Below are positions 1-12,633 of a DNA stretch of 64,000 nucleotides, in pieces. Origin of the DNA: an uncultured Chloroflexia bacterium. GTDB taxonomy: Bacteria > Chloroflexota > Limnocylindria > Limnocylindrales > CSP1-4. The notes below the pieces were generated by a model, which was not told the DNA's origin, made no database searches, and was given only the letters and a program-made list of their open reading frames with translations. Numbering within the stretch: the first letter of the stretch is position 1; each line of letters opens with the position of its first letter. The stretch is from the NCBI GenBank assembly GCA_963746845.1, contig CAVVCZ010000004.1, forward strand, positions 1,056,001 to 1,120,000. The letters run 5' to 3'. A program made the position numbers and the translations under genes.

Positions 1-2
1 TG

Positions 3-628
<626 letters not shown>

Positions 629-632
<4 letters not shown>

Positions 633-1576
633 CGAGCCAGACGGTCCGGGCAGCCGAGGCGATCGCGGATCCGCTCGCGACCCGCAAGGCCAGCGGCATC
701 TGGCGCGATACGTTCCGGAACATCCTCCGCCAGCGGAACGCGGTCGTCGGCCTGTCCCTGCTCGGGCTGCTGCTGTTCACGGCGGTCTTCGCGGAGCAGA
801 TCGCCCCGTTCCCGCCGGACCAGGTCCTCATCGGCGTCGAGCAGGGGGTGAAGAAGTCGAGCCCGCCCTGCATCCACCTGTTCGGCTGCCCCGAGAGCCA
901 GCCCCAGCACATCATGGGGACGGACAGCAACGTCCGCGACGAGTTCAGCCGGGTGGTCTTCGGCGCCCGGGTGTCCCTCTTCGTCGGGTTCGCCACCGTC
1001 GGGGTCGCGATCATCATCGGGGCGCTCGTCGGGCTCGTCGCGGGGTTCGTCGGCGGGTGGGCCGACAACGTCCTCATGCGGTTGATGGACATCCTGCTGG
1101 TCTTCCCCGCCCTGCTCCTGGCGATCGCGATCGTCACGGCCCTCGGCGCCAGCCTGGTCAACGCCCAGCTCGCGATCGCGATCGTTGCGATCCCGATCTA
1201 CGCCCGGGTGATGCGCGCGTCGGTCCTGTCGGTCCGCGAGAGCGACTATCTGACCGCGTCGAGGGCCCTCGGCGAAAGCTCGCGGGGTCTCCTGTTCCGG
1301 CGGATCCTGCCGAACGCGATGACCCCGCTGATCGTGGCCGGGACCCTCGGGATCGCCGGCGCGGTCCTCGACGTCGCGGCGTTGTCGTTCCTCGGACTCG
1401 GCGCCCAGCCGCCCCTCGCCGAATGGGGCTCGATGATCGCGCTCGAGAGCGGCCGCCTGTTCACGGCGCCGCACCTGATCTTCTTCCCGGGCATGGCGCT
1501 CGTCCTGACCGTCTTCGGGTTCAACCTGCTGGGCGACGGGATCCGGGACGCCCTCGATCCACGGCTCAACCGGTGA
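629..1576 (+). CDS. dppC: Peptide ABC transporter permease (DppC/OppC)
   Basis: [36 protein letters not shown]; ATGA overlap with the upstream gene. Confidence 0.92.
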
Positions 1577-2886
1577 GTGACGACCACACGATCACCACGA
1601 CGGCGCCGGCGCCGAACGTGCTCGGCGCCAGCCTCGATCAGACCGTCGTCGAGGAGCTCGTTCCCGCCTCGGCACGCCGGCCGCGTTCCGACGGATCCGG
1701 CCGGCCGATCCTCGAGGTCAAGGGTCTTCGGACCTCGTTCTACACGCGTGACGGGGTCGTCCGTGCGGTCGACGGGATCGACTTCCAGGTCCGGCGCGGC
1801 GAGATCATGGGGCTCGTCGGGGAGTCGGGCTGCGGCAAGAGCGTCACGTCGCTCTCGATCATGGGCCTGGTGTCCCGGCCGGGCCGGGTCGAGGGCGGTG
1901 AAATCATCTTCGACGAGCGGGACCTGTTGAAGCTGAGCCCGGACCAGATGCGCCGGCTCCGCGGCGACCGGCTGAGCATGATCTTCCAGCAGCCGCAGTC
2001 GTCCCTCAACCCGGTCCAGGACGTCGGCAAGCAGATCGCCGAGGTCCTCGAGCTCCACCGCGGGATGAAGCGCGGACCGGCCCGCGAGCGGGCGCTCGAG
2101 CTCCTGAAGATGGTCGGCATCCCGGACCCCGAGCGACGGATCAAGTCGTTCCCGCACGAGATGTCCGGCGGCATGGCCCAGCGGGTCATGATCGCGATGG
2201 CCCTGGCCTGCGAGCCCGAGCTCCTGATCGCCGACGAGCCGACGACCGCCCTCGACGTCACGATCCAGGCCCAGATCCTCGACCTGATGCGCAACCTCCG
2301 CGAGCAGACCGGCACGGCGATCATCCTGATCACGCACGATCTCGGGGTCGTCGCCGAGATGGCCGACCGGGTCGCGGTGATGTACGCCGGAGAGATCGTC
2401 GAGCAGGCAGACGTCACGACCCTCTTCCGGCATCCCAGCCATCCGTACACGCGGGGGCTGATCGGCTCGATCCCGCTCGTCGGCGACGTCCGCGAAGAGC
2501 TGAGCGTCATCCCGGGCAACGTGCCGAACCTGATCGACCTGCCGAAGGGTTGCCGGTTCGCCCCGCGCTGCGCCTCACGGGTCGCCGAGGACAACACGAT
2601 GTCGCTCGACTCCCACCCGGCCCTCCTGCCGATCGTGCCGGCCCACGAGGTCCGCTGCTGGCTGTACCACGACGTCGACGGTCGGCTGATCCCGCGGCCG
2701 GACGGCTGGGTGCCGCGGACCGACGTCGACGCGGAGGTCGTGCTCGCCACGGGTGCCGTCGCGGACGGCGGGCTGGCGGCGGGCACTGCGGTCGGACTCG
2801 ATCCGCTTGGCGCCGCCCGCGAAGCGGAGGAAGACCGCGGCCACCGGCCGTTCGAGGCCCAGGAGCCGCCGGAGCGGCGTCCGTGA
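1573..2886 (+). CDS. dppD: Peptide ABC transporter ATP-binding protein (DppD/OppD)
   Basis: Walker [33 protein letters not shown]-terminal GCRFAPRC; GTG start overlapping the dppC stop (GTGA). Confidence 0.92.
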   Translation: MSDDHTITTTAPAPNVLGASLDQTVVEELVPASARRPRSDGSGRPILEVKGLRTSFYTRDGVVRAVDGIDFQVRRGEIMGLVGESGCGKSVTSLSIMGLVSRPGRVEGGEIIFDERDLLKLSPDQMRRLRGDRLSMIFQQPQSSLNPVQDVGKQIAEVLELHRGMKRGPARERALELLKMVGIPDPERRIKSFPHEMSGGMAQRVMIAMALACEPELLIADEPTTALDVTIQAQILDLMRNLREQTGTAIILITHDLGVVAEMADRVAVMYAGEIVEQADVTTLFRHPSHPYTRGLIGSIPLVGDVREELSVIPGNVPNLIDLPKGCRFAPRCASRVAEDNTMSLDSHPALLPIVPAHEVRCWLYHDVDGRLIPRPDGWVPRTDVDAEVVLATGAVADGGLAAGTAVGLDPLGAAREAEEDRGHRPFEAQEPPERRP

Positions 2887-3947
2887 CCGGCGCCGTCGCG
2901 TCCGCCGGAGCCGCCCCGACCCGGCCTCGTCCCGGCGCCGGCGACACCCTCGTGGACGTCCGGGACCTCGTGAAGCACTTCCCGATCCGGGGCGGCATCC
3001 TCCAGCGGCCGATCGCCAACGTGCAGGCGGTGGACGGCGTGAGCTTCACGATCCGGCGCGGCGAGACGCTCGGGCTCGTCGGGGAGTCCGGCTGCGGCAA
3101 GACGACGGTCGGACGGCTCCTGCTCCGGCTGATCGACCCGACCTCGGGCTCGATCATGTTCGACGGGGTCGATATCGCGAAGCTGAGCGGCGCCGCTCTC
3201 AAGCCCTACCGGAAGCGGATGCAGATCATCTTCCAGGACCCGTACGCGTCCCTCGATCCGCGCACCCCGATCGGCGACAGCATCGGCGAGGGGCTCCGGA
3301 TCCATCACCTCGGATCGTCGGCGGAGCGGCGCGCGAAGGTCCAGCGGATCATGGACCTCGTCGGTCTGGCCCCCTACCACGCCCGACGCTACCCGCACGA
3401 GTTCTCCGGCGGCCAGCGCCAGCGGATCGGCATCGCCCGGGCCCTCGTCCTCGAGCCGGACCTCGTGGTGTGCGACGAGCCTGTCTCGGCCCTCGACGTC
3501 TCGATCCAGGCCCAGGTGCTCAACGAGCTGAAGAGCCTCCAGCGTGAGCTGGGGCTGACCTACCTGTTCATCGCCCACAACATGGGTGTCGTCGAGCACA
3601 TCAGCGACCGGGTGGCGGTGATGTACCTCGGGAAGGTGGTCGAGCTCAGCGATCGCCAGGGGATGTTCCGCAACCCCGAGCATCCGTACACACAGGCGCT
3701 GATGTCGGCGATCCCGGTGCCGGACCCGGAGGCCCGGCGGAAGCGGATCATCCTGCGTGGCGACGTCCCCTCGCCGGTCAACCCGCCGCGAGGCTGCCAC
3801 TTCAATCCGCGCTGCCAGCTGCGCGCCGAGATCGGCGGCCCGGTGATCTGCACGACCGACGAGCCGGAGCTGCTGGATTCGGGTGGCGACCACTTCGTGG
3901 CCTGCCACTTCCGGGGAGCGGCCGGGAGCGCACGCCCCGCGGGCTGA
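2883..3947 (+). CDS. dppF: Peptide ABC transporter ATP-binding protein (DppF/OppF)
   Basis: [37 protein letters not shown]; GTGA overlap. Confidence 0.92.
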   Translation: MTGAVASAGAAPTRPRPGAGDTLVDVRDLVKHFPIRGGILQRPIANVQAVDGVSFTIRRGETLGLVGESGCGKTTVGRLLLRLIDPTSGSIMFDGVDIAKLSGAALKPYRKRMQIIFQDPYASLDPRTPIGDSIGEGLRIHHLGSSAERRAKVQRIMDLVGLAPYHARRYPHEFSGGQRQRIGIARALVLEPDLVVCDEPVSALDVSIQAQVLNELKSLQRELGLTYLFIAHNMGVVEHISDRVAVMYLGKVVELSDRQGMFRNPEHPYTQALMSAIPVPDPEARRKRIILRGDVPSPVNPPRGCHFNPRCQLRAEIGGPVICTTDEPELLDSGGDHFVACHFRGAAGSARPAG

Positions 3948-3951
3948 ACGG

Positions 3952-4659
3952 CTACCGGCTGATCAGGCGCTGCTGGAGGAGAGCGGCCTCGAAGAGGTCG
4001 CCGATCGAGCTCCGGATCGGCGCGTAGTCGTTGATGGCTGCGGCGATCGCCTGGCTCCCGGCAACGACGCCCTGGGCGTCGCCGCTCGTGATCGAGTCGC
4101 GGAGCTGCTTCGCTCCGGCCGAGAGCTCCGGGAACGCCTTCTGGTAGAGCTTGCCGATCGGCTGCGTGTCGGGAGCCAGGTCGAGGCGGCTCACCTCGGG
4201 CATCAGCCCGTCGATCAGCTTCGCGAGCCCGTCGGCCGCGCCCCACATGGCCTTCAGGTCCTCGTTGTTCGTCGCGGTCTGGAGGTCCTCGCCGGCCTTC
4301 TGGATCTGCGTGTCCGCGATGCCCAGGTGGACGACGGCGAGGACGGTCGCACCTGGCCACTTGGGCTGGACGTTCGGATCGACCGACGGGAGCGGCGCGG
4401 CGGAGGATCCCGGCGCGACCGACGACCCGGGCACGGGACCAGACGCGGCGGGGCCGGCATCCACGCTGGGCGCCGCGGCGACGAGTGCCGGTGCGCCGGT
4501 GGCCTGCGTCGGGCTCGCCGAGCCGGCCGGACCGGTCGCGCCGCACGCGACGACGAACACGCCGACGGCGGCGGACAGGACGAGACGGCGGATGCCCGTC
4601 GCAGCGGATCGGAGAGCGACGGTCCGTGGGCCCGGCCCCGTCACCCGGTGGGGGATCAT
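3952..4659 (-). CDS. Hypothetical lipoprotein at the end of the second ABC operon
   Basis: ATGA overlap with the upstream oppF; hydrophobic stretch ending in lipobox-like VVAC, Pro/Ser/Ala linker, then an amphipathic helical domain. Confidence 0.7.
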   Translation of the reverse strand: MIPHRVTGPGPRTVALRSAATGIRRLVLSAAVGVFVVACGATGPAGSASPTQATGAPALVAAAPSVDAGPAASGPVPGSSVAPGSSAAPLPSVDPNVQPKWPGATVLAVVHLGIADTQIQKAGEDLQTATNNEDLKAMWGAADGLAKLIDGLMPEVSRLDLAPDTQPIGKLYQKAFPELSAGAKQLRDSITSGDAQGVVAGSQAIAAAINDYAPIRSSIGDLFEAALLQQRLISR

Positions 4660-5867
4660 CCCGGATCGGCGACCGCGGTGTCGAGCACGGACTGCGTCTG
4701 GACAGCGGCGGCGACCGTCTCGGTGCTGATCTGCTCGGCGTAGTGGCAGGCCGTCTGGTGTTCGCCGCCGAGGTCGCGGAGCTGCGGCTCCTCGGTCGAG
4801 CAGCGCTCGGGGTTGCCGAGCTTCTCGCGGAGCCAGCAGCGCGTGTGGAAGCGGCACCCGGACGGCGGCGCTGCCGGGGACGGCACGTCGCCCTTCAGGA
4901 CGAGGCGCTTCTTCCGGCGGCGCGGATCCGCGTCGGGGATCGCCGACAGGAGGGCGACGGTGTACGGGTGACGGGGGTCACGGTAGAGGCTGGCGACATC
5001 GCCGATCTCGACGACCTTGCCGAGGTACATCACCGCGACCCGGTCGCTGAAGTACTGGATCACGGACAGGTTATGACTGATGAAGATGTAGGTCAGGTTG
5101 AGATCCCGGCGAAGATCCAGCAACAGGTTGAGGACCTGGCTCTGGATCGAGACGTCGAGCGCGGACACCGGCTCGTCGCAGACGACGATGTCCGGGCCGA
5201 GCGCGAGCGCCCGGGCGATCCCGATCCGCTGGCGCTGCCCGCCGGAGAACTCGTGCGGGTAGCGGCGGGTGTACTCGCGCCGGAGGCCGACCAGCTCGAG
5301 CGAGTCCTCGACCTTCGTGTCGCGGGCCTTGCGGTCCTTCATCCCCTGGGCGAGGAGGCCCTCGCCGATGATGTCGCTGATCGGCATCCGCGGGTTCAGC
5401 GACCCGAACGGATCCTGGAAGATGATCTGCATCTTCCGGCGCAGCGGTCGCAGCTCGTCCGCCCCGATGTGGGTGATGTCCCGGCCCGCGAAGATGATCG
5501 TCCCGGCCGTCGGCTCGATCAGGCGGAGGATCGACCGGCCGAGGGTCGTCTTGCCGCAGCCCGATTCCCCGACGACGCTGAATGTCTCGCCGGCCTTGAC
5601 GTCGAAGTCGACCCCGTCGACCGCATAGACCGTCCCGATCTGGCGTCGCATCAGGCCGCCGACGATCGGGAAGTGCTTCTTCAGGCCGCGGACCTGGAGC
5701 AGCGGGGCGCCCTCCGGCGGCCTGACGGGCAGCTCGGCCACGTCCATCTCGGCGGGGCTGTCGCCGCCGACTGCGACGACCGCCACCGGGGCGGGCTCGT
5801 CGAGTGGAGCGTCGACATGGCCCGGGGGCGCCCCGGCCGCGTCCACCGATCGGATCTCGTCCGCCAC
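4656..5867 (-). CDS. oppF: Oligopeptide ABC transporter ATP-binding protein (OppF)
   Basis: [28 protein letters not shown]; GTG start inferred just after the oppD stop. Confidence 0.9.
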   Translation of the reverse strand: MADEIRSVDAAGAPPGHVDAPLDEPAPVAVVAVGGDSPAEMDVAELPVRPPEGAPLLQVRGLKKHFPIVGGLMRRQIGTVYAVDGVDFDVKAGETFSVVGESGCGKTTLGRSILRLIEPTAGTIIFAGRDITHIGADELRPLRRKMQIIFQDPFGSLNPRMPISDIIGEGLLAQGMKDRKARDTKVEDSLELVGLRREYTRRYPHEFSGGQRQRIGIARALALGPDIVVCDEPVSALDVSIQSQVLNLLLDLRRDLNLTYIFISHNLSVIQYFSDRVAVMYLGKVVEIGDVASLYRDPRHPYTVALLSAIPDADPRRRKKRLVLKGDVPSPAAPPSGCRFHTRCWLREKLGNPERCSTEEPQLRDLGGEHQTACHYAEQISTETVAAAVQTQSVLDTAVADPG

Positions 5868-5869
5868 GG

Positions 5870-6954
<1,085 letters not shown>

Positions 6955-6958
<4 letters not shown>

Positions 6959-7914
6959 GCCTTGGACCGGGGATCGAATGCGTCGCGGAGGCCGTCTCCG
7001 ATGAAGTTGACCGCGAGGACCGTGAGGATGATGGCCAGCCCCGGGAAGAACGGCCACCACCAGTTGCCCAGGGGCAGGAACGTCAACGAGCTCGAGAGGA
7101 TATTGCCCCACGTCGGGTTGACCGGGTTGACGCCGTAGCCCAGGAAGCTCACGAACGCCTCGGCGATGATGTTGCCTGCGACGATCAGCGAGGCCACCAC
7201 GACGATTGGCGACATGGCGTTCGGGAGGATGTGCCGGAAGATGATCCGGCGATCCCTGACCCCGACGGCCTTGGCCGCCTCGACGAACTCACGTTCGCGA
7301 ATGGACAGGAAGAGGCTGCGGGTCAGCCTGGCGACGCCCATCCAGCCGAGCAGCCCGAAGATCAGGATGATCGTCCAGACGTTATCCCGGGCACCGGCGA
7401 AGAACCGCGACGCCACCAGGATGACGAACAGGAGGGGCAGGCTGAGCAACACGTCGACGACGCGCATCAGGAAGTTGTCGGCGAAGCCGCCCAGGTACCC
7501 GGCGATGGCCCCGACGATCGTCCCGAGAATCACGGCGATGAGCATGCTCGAGAAGCCGATGAACAGCGACCACTTCGCGCCGTTGATCACGAGGGTCAGC
7601 ACGTCGCGCTGGAGCCCGCCGGTCTCGCCGAACGGGTGGGCAAGGGACGGTGGGCGACCCCGGTACACGATGACGTCGGGCCGCGCCGTCTGGTCGAACG
7701 AGTACGGGAACAGGAACGGGCCGATGATCGCGATGATCGTGAATGCCGTCAGGATCCCCAAGCCGATCAGCGCAAGGCGGTGCTTCTTGAACTTCCGCCA
7801 GGCCAGCTGCCATTGGCTCAGGGACTCGAGCCCGACCTCGTAGTCGGAGCCGGTCGGAGCCGGGGCCTGGGCGGGATCGACCGCCGGTGCCGTCGGGTCG
7901 AAGGTGTTGGCCAT
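6955..7914 (-). CDS. oppC: Oligopeptide ABC transporter permease (OppC)
   Basis: SQWQLAWRKFKKHRLA N-terminal motif, EFVEAAKAVG, NFIGDGLRDAFDPR. Confidence 0.92.
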
Positions 7915-7930
7915 GCTCGCGCTTCGCCGG

Positions 7931-9028
7931 TCAGTACTTGATCCGCGGATCGATGACCGCGTACGCGACGTCCGCGAGGAGGTTCGCGAGAACCACGAGC
8001 ACCGCGGTGATCATCAGGACGCCCATGAGGATCGGGTAGTCGAAGGTCCTGGTGGCGTCGATGGTCAGCTTGCCGATGCCGGGCCACGAGAAGATCGTCT
8101 CGGTGACGAGCGCGCCACTGAAGAGGAACGGCAGCTCGAGGGCGACGTTCGTCACGAACGGCAGCATCGCGTTCCGGAAGGCGTGCTTGAAGGTCACCGC
8201 CCGGCCGGACAGGCCTTTCGCCTTTGCCGTCCGGACGTAGTCCTGGCTCAACGCCTCGAGCATGCTCGCCCGGACGAACCGGGAGTCGCCGGCGATGCTG
8301 ACCGCGACAAGGGTGAGGACGGGCAGGATCAGGTGCCTGCCGACGTCGGCGATCGCGGTCAACGGGTTCTGACCGAAGTAGACCCAGTACGCGTCGCTGC
8401 CGAAGGGCGGCGACGTTCGTGTGTCGGTCATCCCGCTCGCGGGCAGGATGTTCAGCCCCGGACCGCTGAAGATGTAGATCAGCATGATCCCGAGCCAGAA
8501 CGTGGGCAGCGCGAAGCCGACATAGGCGAACACGGTCGCCGCCTGGTCGAACAGCGAGTAGCGTCTGACGGCAGCGACGACGCCGATCACGACGGCGACC
8601 GTGAGCCAGATGACGATCGCGACCGAGGCGAGGATGAACGTCGGCAGGGCCGCCCGGGCGATGCGGTCCATGACGGGCTCACCCGAGTCGATCGAGTAGC
8701 CGAAGTCGCCGTGGAGCACGCCGTTCGAGGCGCCGGAGATCCCCTCCGGCAGGAAGTTCGGCCAGCCGCTCGGCCCGAGGAAGACGGCGAGGCCGTCCGC
8801 GTCGGGATTGCACACGCCGAGCCAGCGGCAGTACTGGACGGGGATCGGCTGGTCCAGGCCCCAGGCGTGCTTGAAGGCGTCCTTCTGCTCCTGGGTCATC
8901 CGGGGGTTCTGTGCGAACTTGGCGGTCGGACCACCGGGCGCCACGAGAAGAATCGCGTACACGACGATGCTGATGCCGAAGAGGACGGGGATCGCCTGCG
9001 CAATGCGCCGGATCACGTATTTCGTCAT
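7931..9028 (-). CDS. oppB: Oligopeptide ABC transporter permease (OppB)
   Basis: MTKYVIRR start, GLDQPIPVQY, DYVRTAKAKGL, YAVIDPRIKY. Confidence 0.92.
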   Translation of the reverse strand: MTKYVIRRIAQAIPVLFGISIVVYAILLVAPGGPTAKFAQNPRMTQEQKDAFKHAWGLDQPIPVQYCRWLGVCNPDADGLAVFLGPSGWPNFLPEGISGASNGVLHGDFGYSIDSGEPVMDRIARAALPTFILASVAIVIWLTVAVVIGVVAAVRRYSLFDQAATVFAYVGFALPTFWLGIMLIYIFSGPGLNILPASGMTDTRTSPPFGSDAYWVYFGQNPLTAIADVGRHLILPVLTLVAVSIAGDSRFVRASMLEALSQDYVRTAKAKGLSGRAVTFKHAFRNAMLPFVTNVALELPFLFSGALVTETIFSWPGIGKLTIDATRTFDYPILMGVLMITAVLVVLANLLADVAYAVIDPRIKY

Positions 9029-9155
9029 CGGCTCACCACCTGTCGTGCCACGCGAGGTGTCTCACAAGGGGCTGCGAATTCCTGGCCAGGTCCAGGGCCG
9101 CGTCCCGAGCCGCATCGGTGCGGACACGGTACACGGTTTGATGGGTTGGGTGCCA

Positions 9156-9186
9156 CTCGGGGCGCCCGCGCTGCGGGCGCCCCGAG
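9156..9186 (-). terminator. Strong GC hairpin between oppA and oppB (mRNA stabiliser or attenuating terminator)
   Basis: CTCGGGGCGCCCGC-GCT-GCGGGCGCCCCGAG, a perfect 14-bp stem downstream of the binding-protein gene; no U-tract. Confidence 0.55.
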
Positions 9187-9239
9187 CGGAGCTGGTCCTT
9201 TGGGATGCGACGCCCGGAGGGCGCCGTTCGGCCCGGTGC

Positions 9240-11081
9240 CTAGGCCTTGACGAACCAGTCGACGGCGTTCCACGTCGGACCGGCCTGCGTGGGCTGGGCC
9301 GCGTAGTTGCCGACCTTCGGCGTCACGATGTCGACGTTCTTCCGGTAGTAGAGCGGGACCTCGAGGGTCTTCTCGACGTAGACCTTCTGGAAGGTCGCCA
9401 TCGCGTCCTTGATGACGTTGAAGTCAACCGAGGTGCGGACGATGTCCAGGGATGCGTCGATGTCGGTGTCCTTGATCTGCGCGTCGTTCTGCCCGTTGGG
9501 CGGGAACTGGCTGCTGTGGTAGTTGAAGTAGTTGCCGAGCGGATCGATCGAGCTCGTGAAGGCATGCTCCGCGATATCGAAGTTGAACCGCGAGAGGGCG
9601 CACGGGGTGTCCCGGGTCGCCTCGTTGTACTCGGCGAAGATGCTGGCCGAGTCGACCGCGTTCGGCACTGCCTCGATCCCGACGTCCTTCAGCCAGCCCG
9701 CGATGAGCGCGAGCGTGTCCTGGCGGACCTGGCGGGTCGTGGTGCAGAGCTCGATCTTGGCCTTCAGGCCGTCCTTGGCGCGGATCCCGTCAGAGCCGGG
9801 AACCCAGCCGGCCGCGTCGAGGATCGACTTGGCCTTCGCCGGATCGAACGTCGCCGGCGGCTGGTCCGCGAAGAACCACGCGCCGGGGGAGATGTTCGTG
9901 TTGGCGACCTGGACGGTGCCCGCCAGGAGCCGGGTGTTGATCTCGTTCTTGTCGATCGCATAGGCGACGGCCTCGCGCATCGCCGCGTCCGCCATCGGGC
10001 AGCCCTTGCCGCGATCCTGGACCGCGGGGTTGGTGGAGCAATCCGTGGCGCCCCAGTTCGGGCGGAGGAACTCGTAGGTCAGGGCCGGGACGGCCGAGAC
10101 CTGGTCGCCGAGGTCCTGGATCTTCGGGATGTCCGAGTCCTGGAGGTCGGTCGCGAGATCGACCTCACCAGCCTTGTAGCCCGCGATCATCGCGTCGGCA
10201 TCGCCATACCATTTGAAGATGATGCTGTCGAGATGGGCCGGCTTGCCGGTCGAGAAGCTCGTGTAGTTCGGGTTCTTGGCCATCCGGAGCTGCTGCCCGG
10301 GGGTGGCGGACTCGTACTTGAACGCGCCGCTCGTCGGAACCTTGGGGAGATCCGCGACGCGGAAGCCCGCCCCGGCCGTCTGATCCTTGATCGGAATCTT
10401 GGACAGGTAGTGCCGAGGCAGCGGTGCGTTGAACATCGTGATGTAGCCTTCGAAGATGTTCTTGAAGTGCAGCACCATCTCGGTGTCCGACTTGCACTCG
10501 ATGCCCTTCGCGCCGTCCTTGAGATCCGTGAAGCCGGCCGTGATGATGCCGACGTTCCCCGGATCGAGGACCCACTCCGCCGCGTACTTGAAGTCATCGC
10601 AGGTCAGCGCCTGACCGTCCGACCACTTCAGACCGTCGCGAAGCGTCCAGGTCACGGTCATCGCGTCGCCGTTGTCGCCTGGGGCCTTGACGCCACCGTT
10701 GGTGGTCGTCGGGACGTCCTTGGCGAGGTCCGGGATGTACTTGTAGTCGTTGCTGAAGACGACCAGCGTCGCCCACGCGGACGAAGCGACGTTCGCCTCC
10801 GACTGCTGGCTCAGGTAGAACGGCTGGAACGTGGTGGCTTCCTGCCAGTCGCCCACGATGATCGACCCGCCGTCGGTGCCGGCCTCGGGCTTGTAGGCCG
10901 AGTCCGTCAGGCTGACCGGGGCCGCCGACGGCGAGGCCGCAGGGGCGGACTCGGCCGGCGTTGAGGCCGCGGGCGCCTGTGACGCCGCTGTCGAACTGCT
11001 CGGCGAGGGGGTCGCCGCACCTTGGCACGCCGCGAACACGACCATCGTGCTCGCGAACAGGCCAACGAGACGTTTCCGCAT
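9240..11081 (-). CDS. oppA: Peptide ABC transporter substrate-binding lipoprotein (family 5)
   Basis: Lipobox FAAC; PDLA..VP, TWTLRDGLKWSDGQALT..D and REAVAYAIDK motifs; GGAGGAG SD before ATG. Confidence 0.92.
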   Translation of the reverse strand: MRKRLVGLFASTMVVFAACQGAATPSPSSSTAASQAPAASTPAESAPAASPSAAPVSLTDSAYKPEAGTDGGSIIVGDWQEATTFQPFYLSQQSEANVASSAWATLVVFSNDYKYIPDLAKDVPTTTNGGVKAPGDNGDAMTVTWTLRDGLKWSDGQALTCDDFKYAAEWVLDPGNVGIITAGFTDLKDGAKGIECKSDTEMVLHFKNIFEGYITMFNAPLPRHYLSKIPIKDQTAGAGFRVADLPKVPTSGAFKYESATPGQQLRMAKNPNYTSFSTGKPAHLDSIIFKWYGDADAMIAGYKAGEVDLATDLQDSDIPKIQDLGDQVSAVPALTYEFLRPNWGATDCSTNPAVQDRGKGCPMADAAMREAVAYAIDKNEINTRLLAGTVQVANTNISPGAWFFADQPPATFDPAKAKSILDAAGWVPGSDGIRAKDGLKAKIELCTTTRQVRQDTLALIAGWLKDVGIEAVPNAVDSASIFAEYNEATRDTPCALSRFNFDIAEHAFTSSIDPLGNYFNYHSSQFPPNGQNDAQIKDTDIDASLDIVRTSVDFNVIKDAMATFQKVYVEKTLEVPLYYRKNVDIVTPKVGNYAAQPTQAGPTWNAVDWFVKA

Positions 11082-11249
11082 CAAGTCTCCTCCGTTGCGT
11101 GTGTCTCCCCACACTGCTGGTCGCAGGCAGCCTTCGTGCGTGAGCCGTCATCTCCTCGACGCCAACCGGCTCGGGCAAGCCCACCGGCACGGTCATCAAT
11201 CAGGAAACGCGCGAGCACACGATCAGCGAGGGGCTCCTGCGCTGCCGGT

Positions 11250-11278
11250 ATCTTGGGCACGGGTCCATGCCCTGTCAA
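11250..11278 (-). promoter_or_regulatory. Sigma70-type promoter of the oppA operon
   Basis: TTGACA-N17-CAAGAT on the minus strand, about 170 nt upstream of the oppA start. Confidence 0.6.
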
Positions 11279-11871
11279 ATCGCTCGTGGCGACCGTCCGC
11301 CAGCCTGCGGCGGGTCCACCTCCTTCCGCACCGGGTGGTAGTTGTCGGGGTAGGTTCGTCGGTAGTTGCCGAGCAGTACCGGCTTCGATTCGTCGCCCTG
11401 GGAGATGCCTGCCGCCGATCGCTGCCGGGCCAGGAACGCGGTCTCTACGGCACGCTCGGACGGGCTGGTCGCGAGCTCCGCGCTCGTGAGGTCCGCGGTC
11501 GAGGGCCGGAGCGTCGGGTCGACGAAGCCCGTCCCGCCGAGGCGGAACGGCAGGACGAGGACCGCGACGATCGCGAGGCTCATCCCGACACCGGCGATCG
11601 GCGACATCACCCTGGGCCGTCGGCGCCAGCTCGTGATCCGGACACGGAGGCGGGGCCACGCATCGGAGGGAGGCTCGACCGTGCTCGCCTCGTCGCCCAG
11701 ACGACGGAGCGCCGTGATCGTCAGCATCGTCGACTCGATCGCCTCGGTGCATCGCTCGCAGCCATCCAGATGGGCGAGCGCCGCGCCCGTCTCGGACCGG
11801 ACCTCGCCGCGATCGACGAAGTCCTCCAGGACGGGGCGGAAGCGGGCGCAGGAGCGCCCGAGGTCGATCAC
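11275..11871 (-). CDS. Zinc-finger (ZAS/zf-HC2) membrane anti-sigma factor
   Basis: HLDGCERC (HxxxCxxC), WPRLRVRI and one TM segment; GTGA overlap with the ECF sigma gene. Confidence 0.8.
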   Translation of the reverse strand: MIDLGRSCARFRPVLEDFVDRGEVRSETGAALAHLDGCERCTEAIESTMLTITALRRLGDEASTVEPPSDAWPRLRVRITSWRRRPRVMSPIAGVGMSLAIVAVLVLPFRLGGTGFVDPTLRPSTADLTSAELATSPSERAVETAFLARQRSAAGISQGDESKPVLLGNYRRTYPDNYHPVRKEVDPPQAGGRSPRAI

Positions 11872-12542
11872 GAGGCGTTCGCCTCCACCTCGTCGCTCGG
11901 TGCGAGATAGGCGCCACCGAACCGTCGGTCGCGCTCGAGGTGGACGCGCAGGCCGCGCAGCGCGTAGTGGAGCCGCGACTTCACCGTGCCCAGTTGGATC
12001 CCGAGGGCTTCGGCGGTCTCCTGCAGGGACAGCCGCTGGAGGTAGTACAGGACGACGACGCTCCGATGCTTCTCGGGGAGGGCCGCGATGCCGTCGCGGA
12101 CGATCGCCCGGAGCTCCGCCTGCTCGGCGTGGTCGGACGGCAGCGGCCCGTCGTCGGCGCGGCTCGACTCGGTGACCTCGTCGATGGGGTCGGTCGAGAG
12201 CCGGCGGCGCGACAGCCGGGAATAGCACAGGTTGAGCGACACGCGATGGAGCCACGGCAGCGGCGAGACATCGGAGTGCAGGGTGTGCCGTCGCTGGTAC
12301 GCCCGCGCAAACGTGTCCTGGAGGATTTCCTCGGCGGCCTGGCGATCCCCCGTCAGCCCGTACGCCGTGCGATAGATCTGAGAGCGGTAACGCGCGAAGA
12401 ACTCCTCGAAGGCATCGAGGTCATCGGCCTGGACACGGCGCAGCAGCTCCGCATCCAAGGCCTGTGTCGTCCGCGACGTGGCGCCTCCCGCAGCGTCGTT
12501 CGTCGTCAGCACTCCGTGCAGGCGATGTGGCCCATGGGCCAT
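11868..12542 (-). CDS. ECF RNA polymerase sigma factor
   Basis: D..AFEEFFARY, AEEILQDTF, WLHRVSLN, region 4 ETAEALGIQLGTVKSRLHYA; start codon uncertain. Confidence 0.9.
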   Translation of the reverse strand: MAHGPHRLHGVLTTNDAAGGATSRTTQALDAELLRRVQADDLDAFEEFFARYRSQIYRTAYGLTGDRQAAEEILQDTFARAYQRRHTLHSDVSPLPWLHRVSLNLCYSRLSRRRLSTDPIDEVTESSRADDGPLPSDHAEQAELRAIVRDGIAALPEKHRSVVVLYYLQRLSLQETAEALGIQLGTVKSRLHYALRGLRVHLERDRRFGGAYLAPSDEVEANAS

Positions 12543-12557
12543 CTGTTGCTCACAAGA

Positions 12558-12583
12558 TACCTGCCCGGAACGGCAAAGGTTCA
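12558..12583 (-). promoter_or_regulatory. Putative ECF-type autoregulatory promoter
   Basis: TGAACC-N16-GGTA on the minus strand immediately upstream of the sigma gene. Confidence 0.45.
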
Positions 12584-12633
12584 TGGAGGATTCGCAATCC
12601 CTCGGACCGCGCCGTGCCGCGGGGTCGCCCGGG

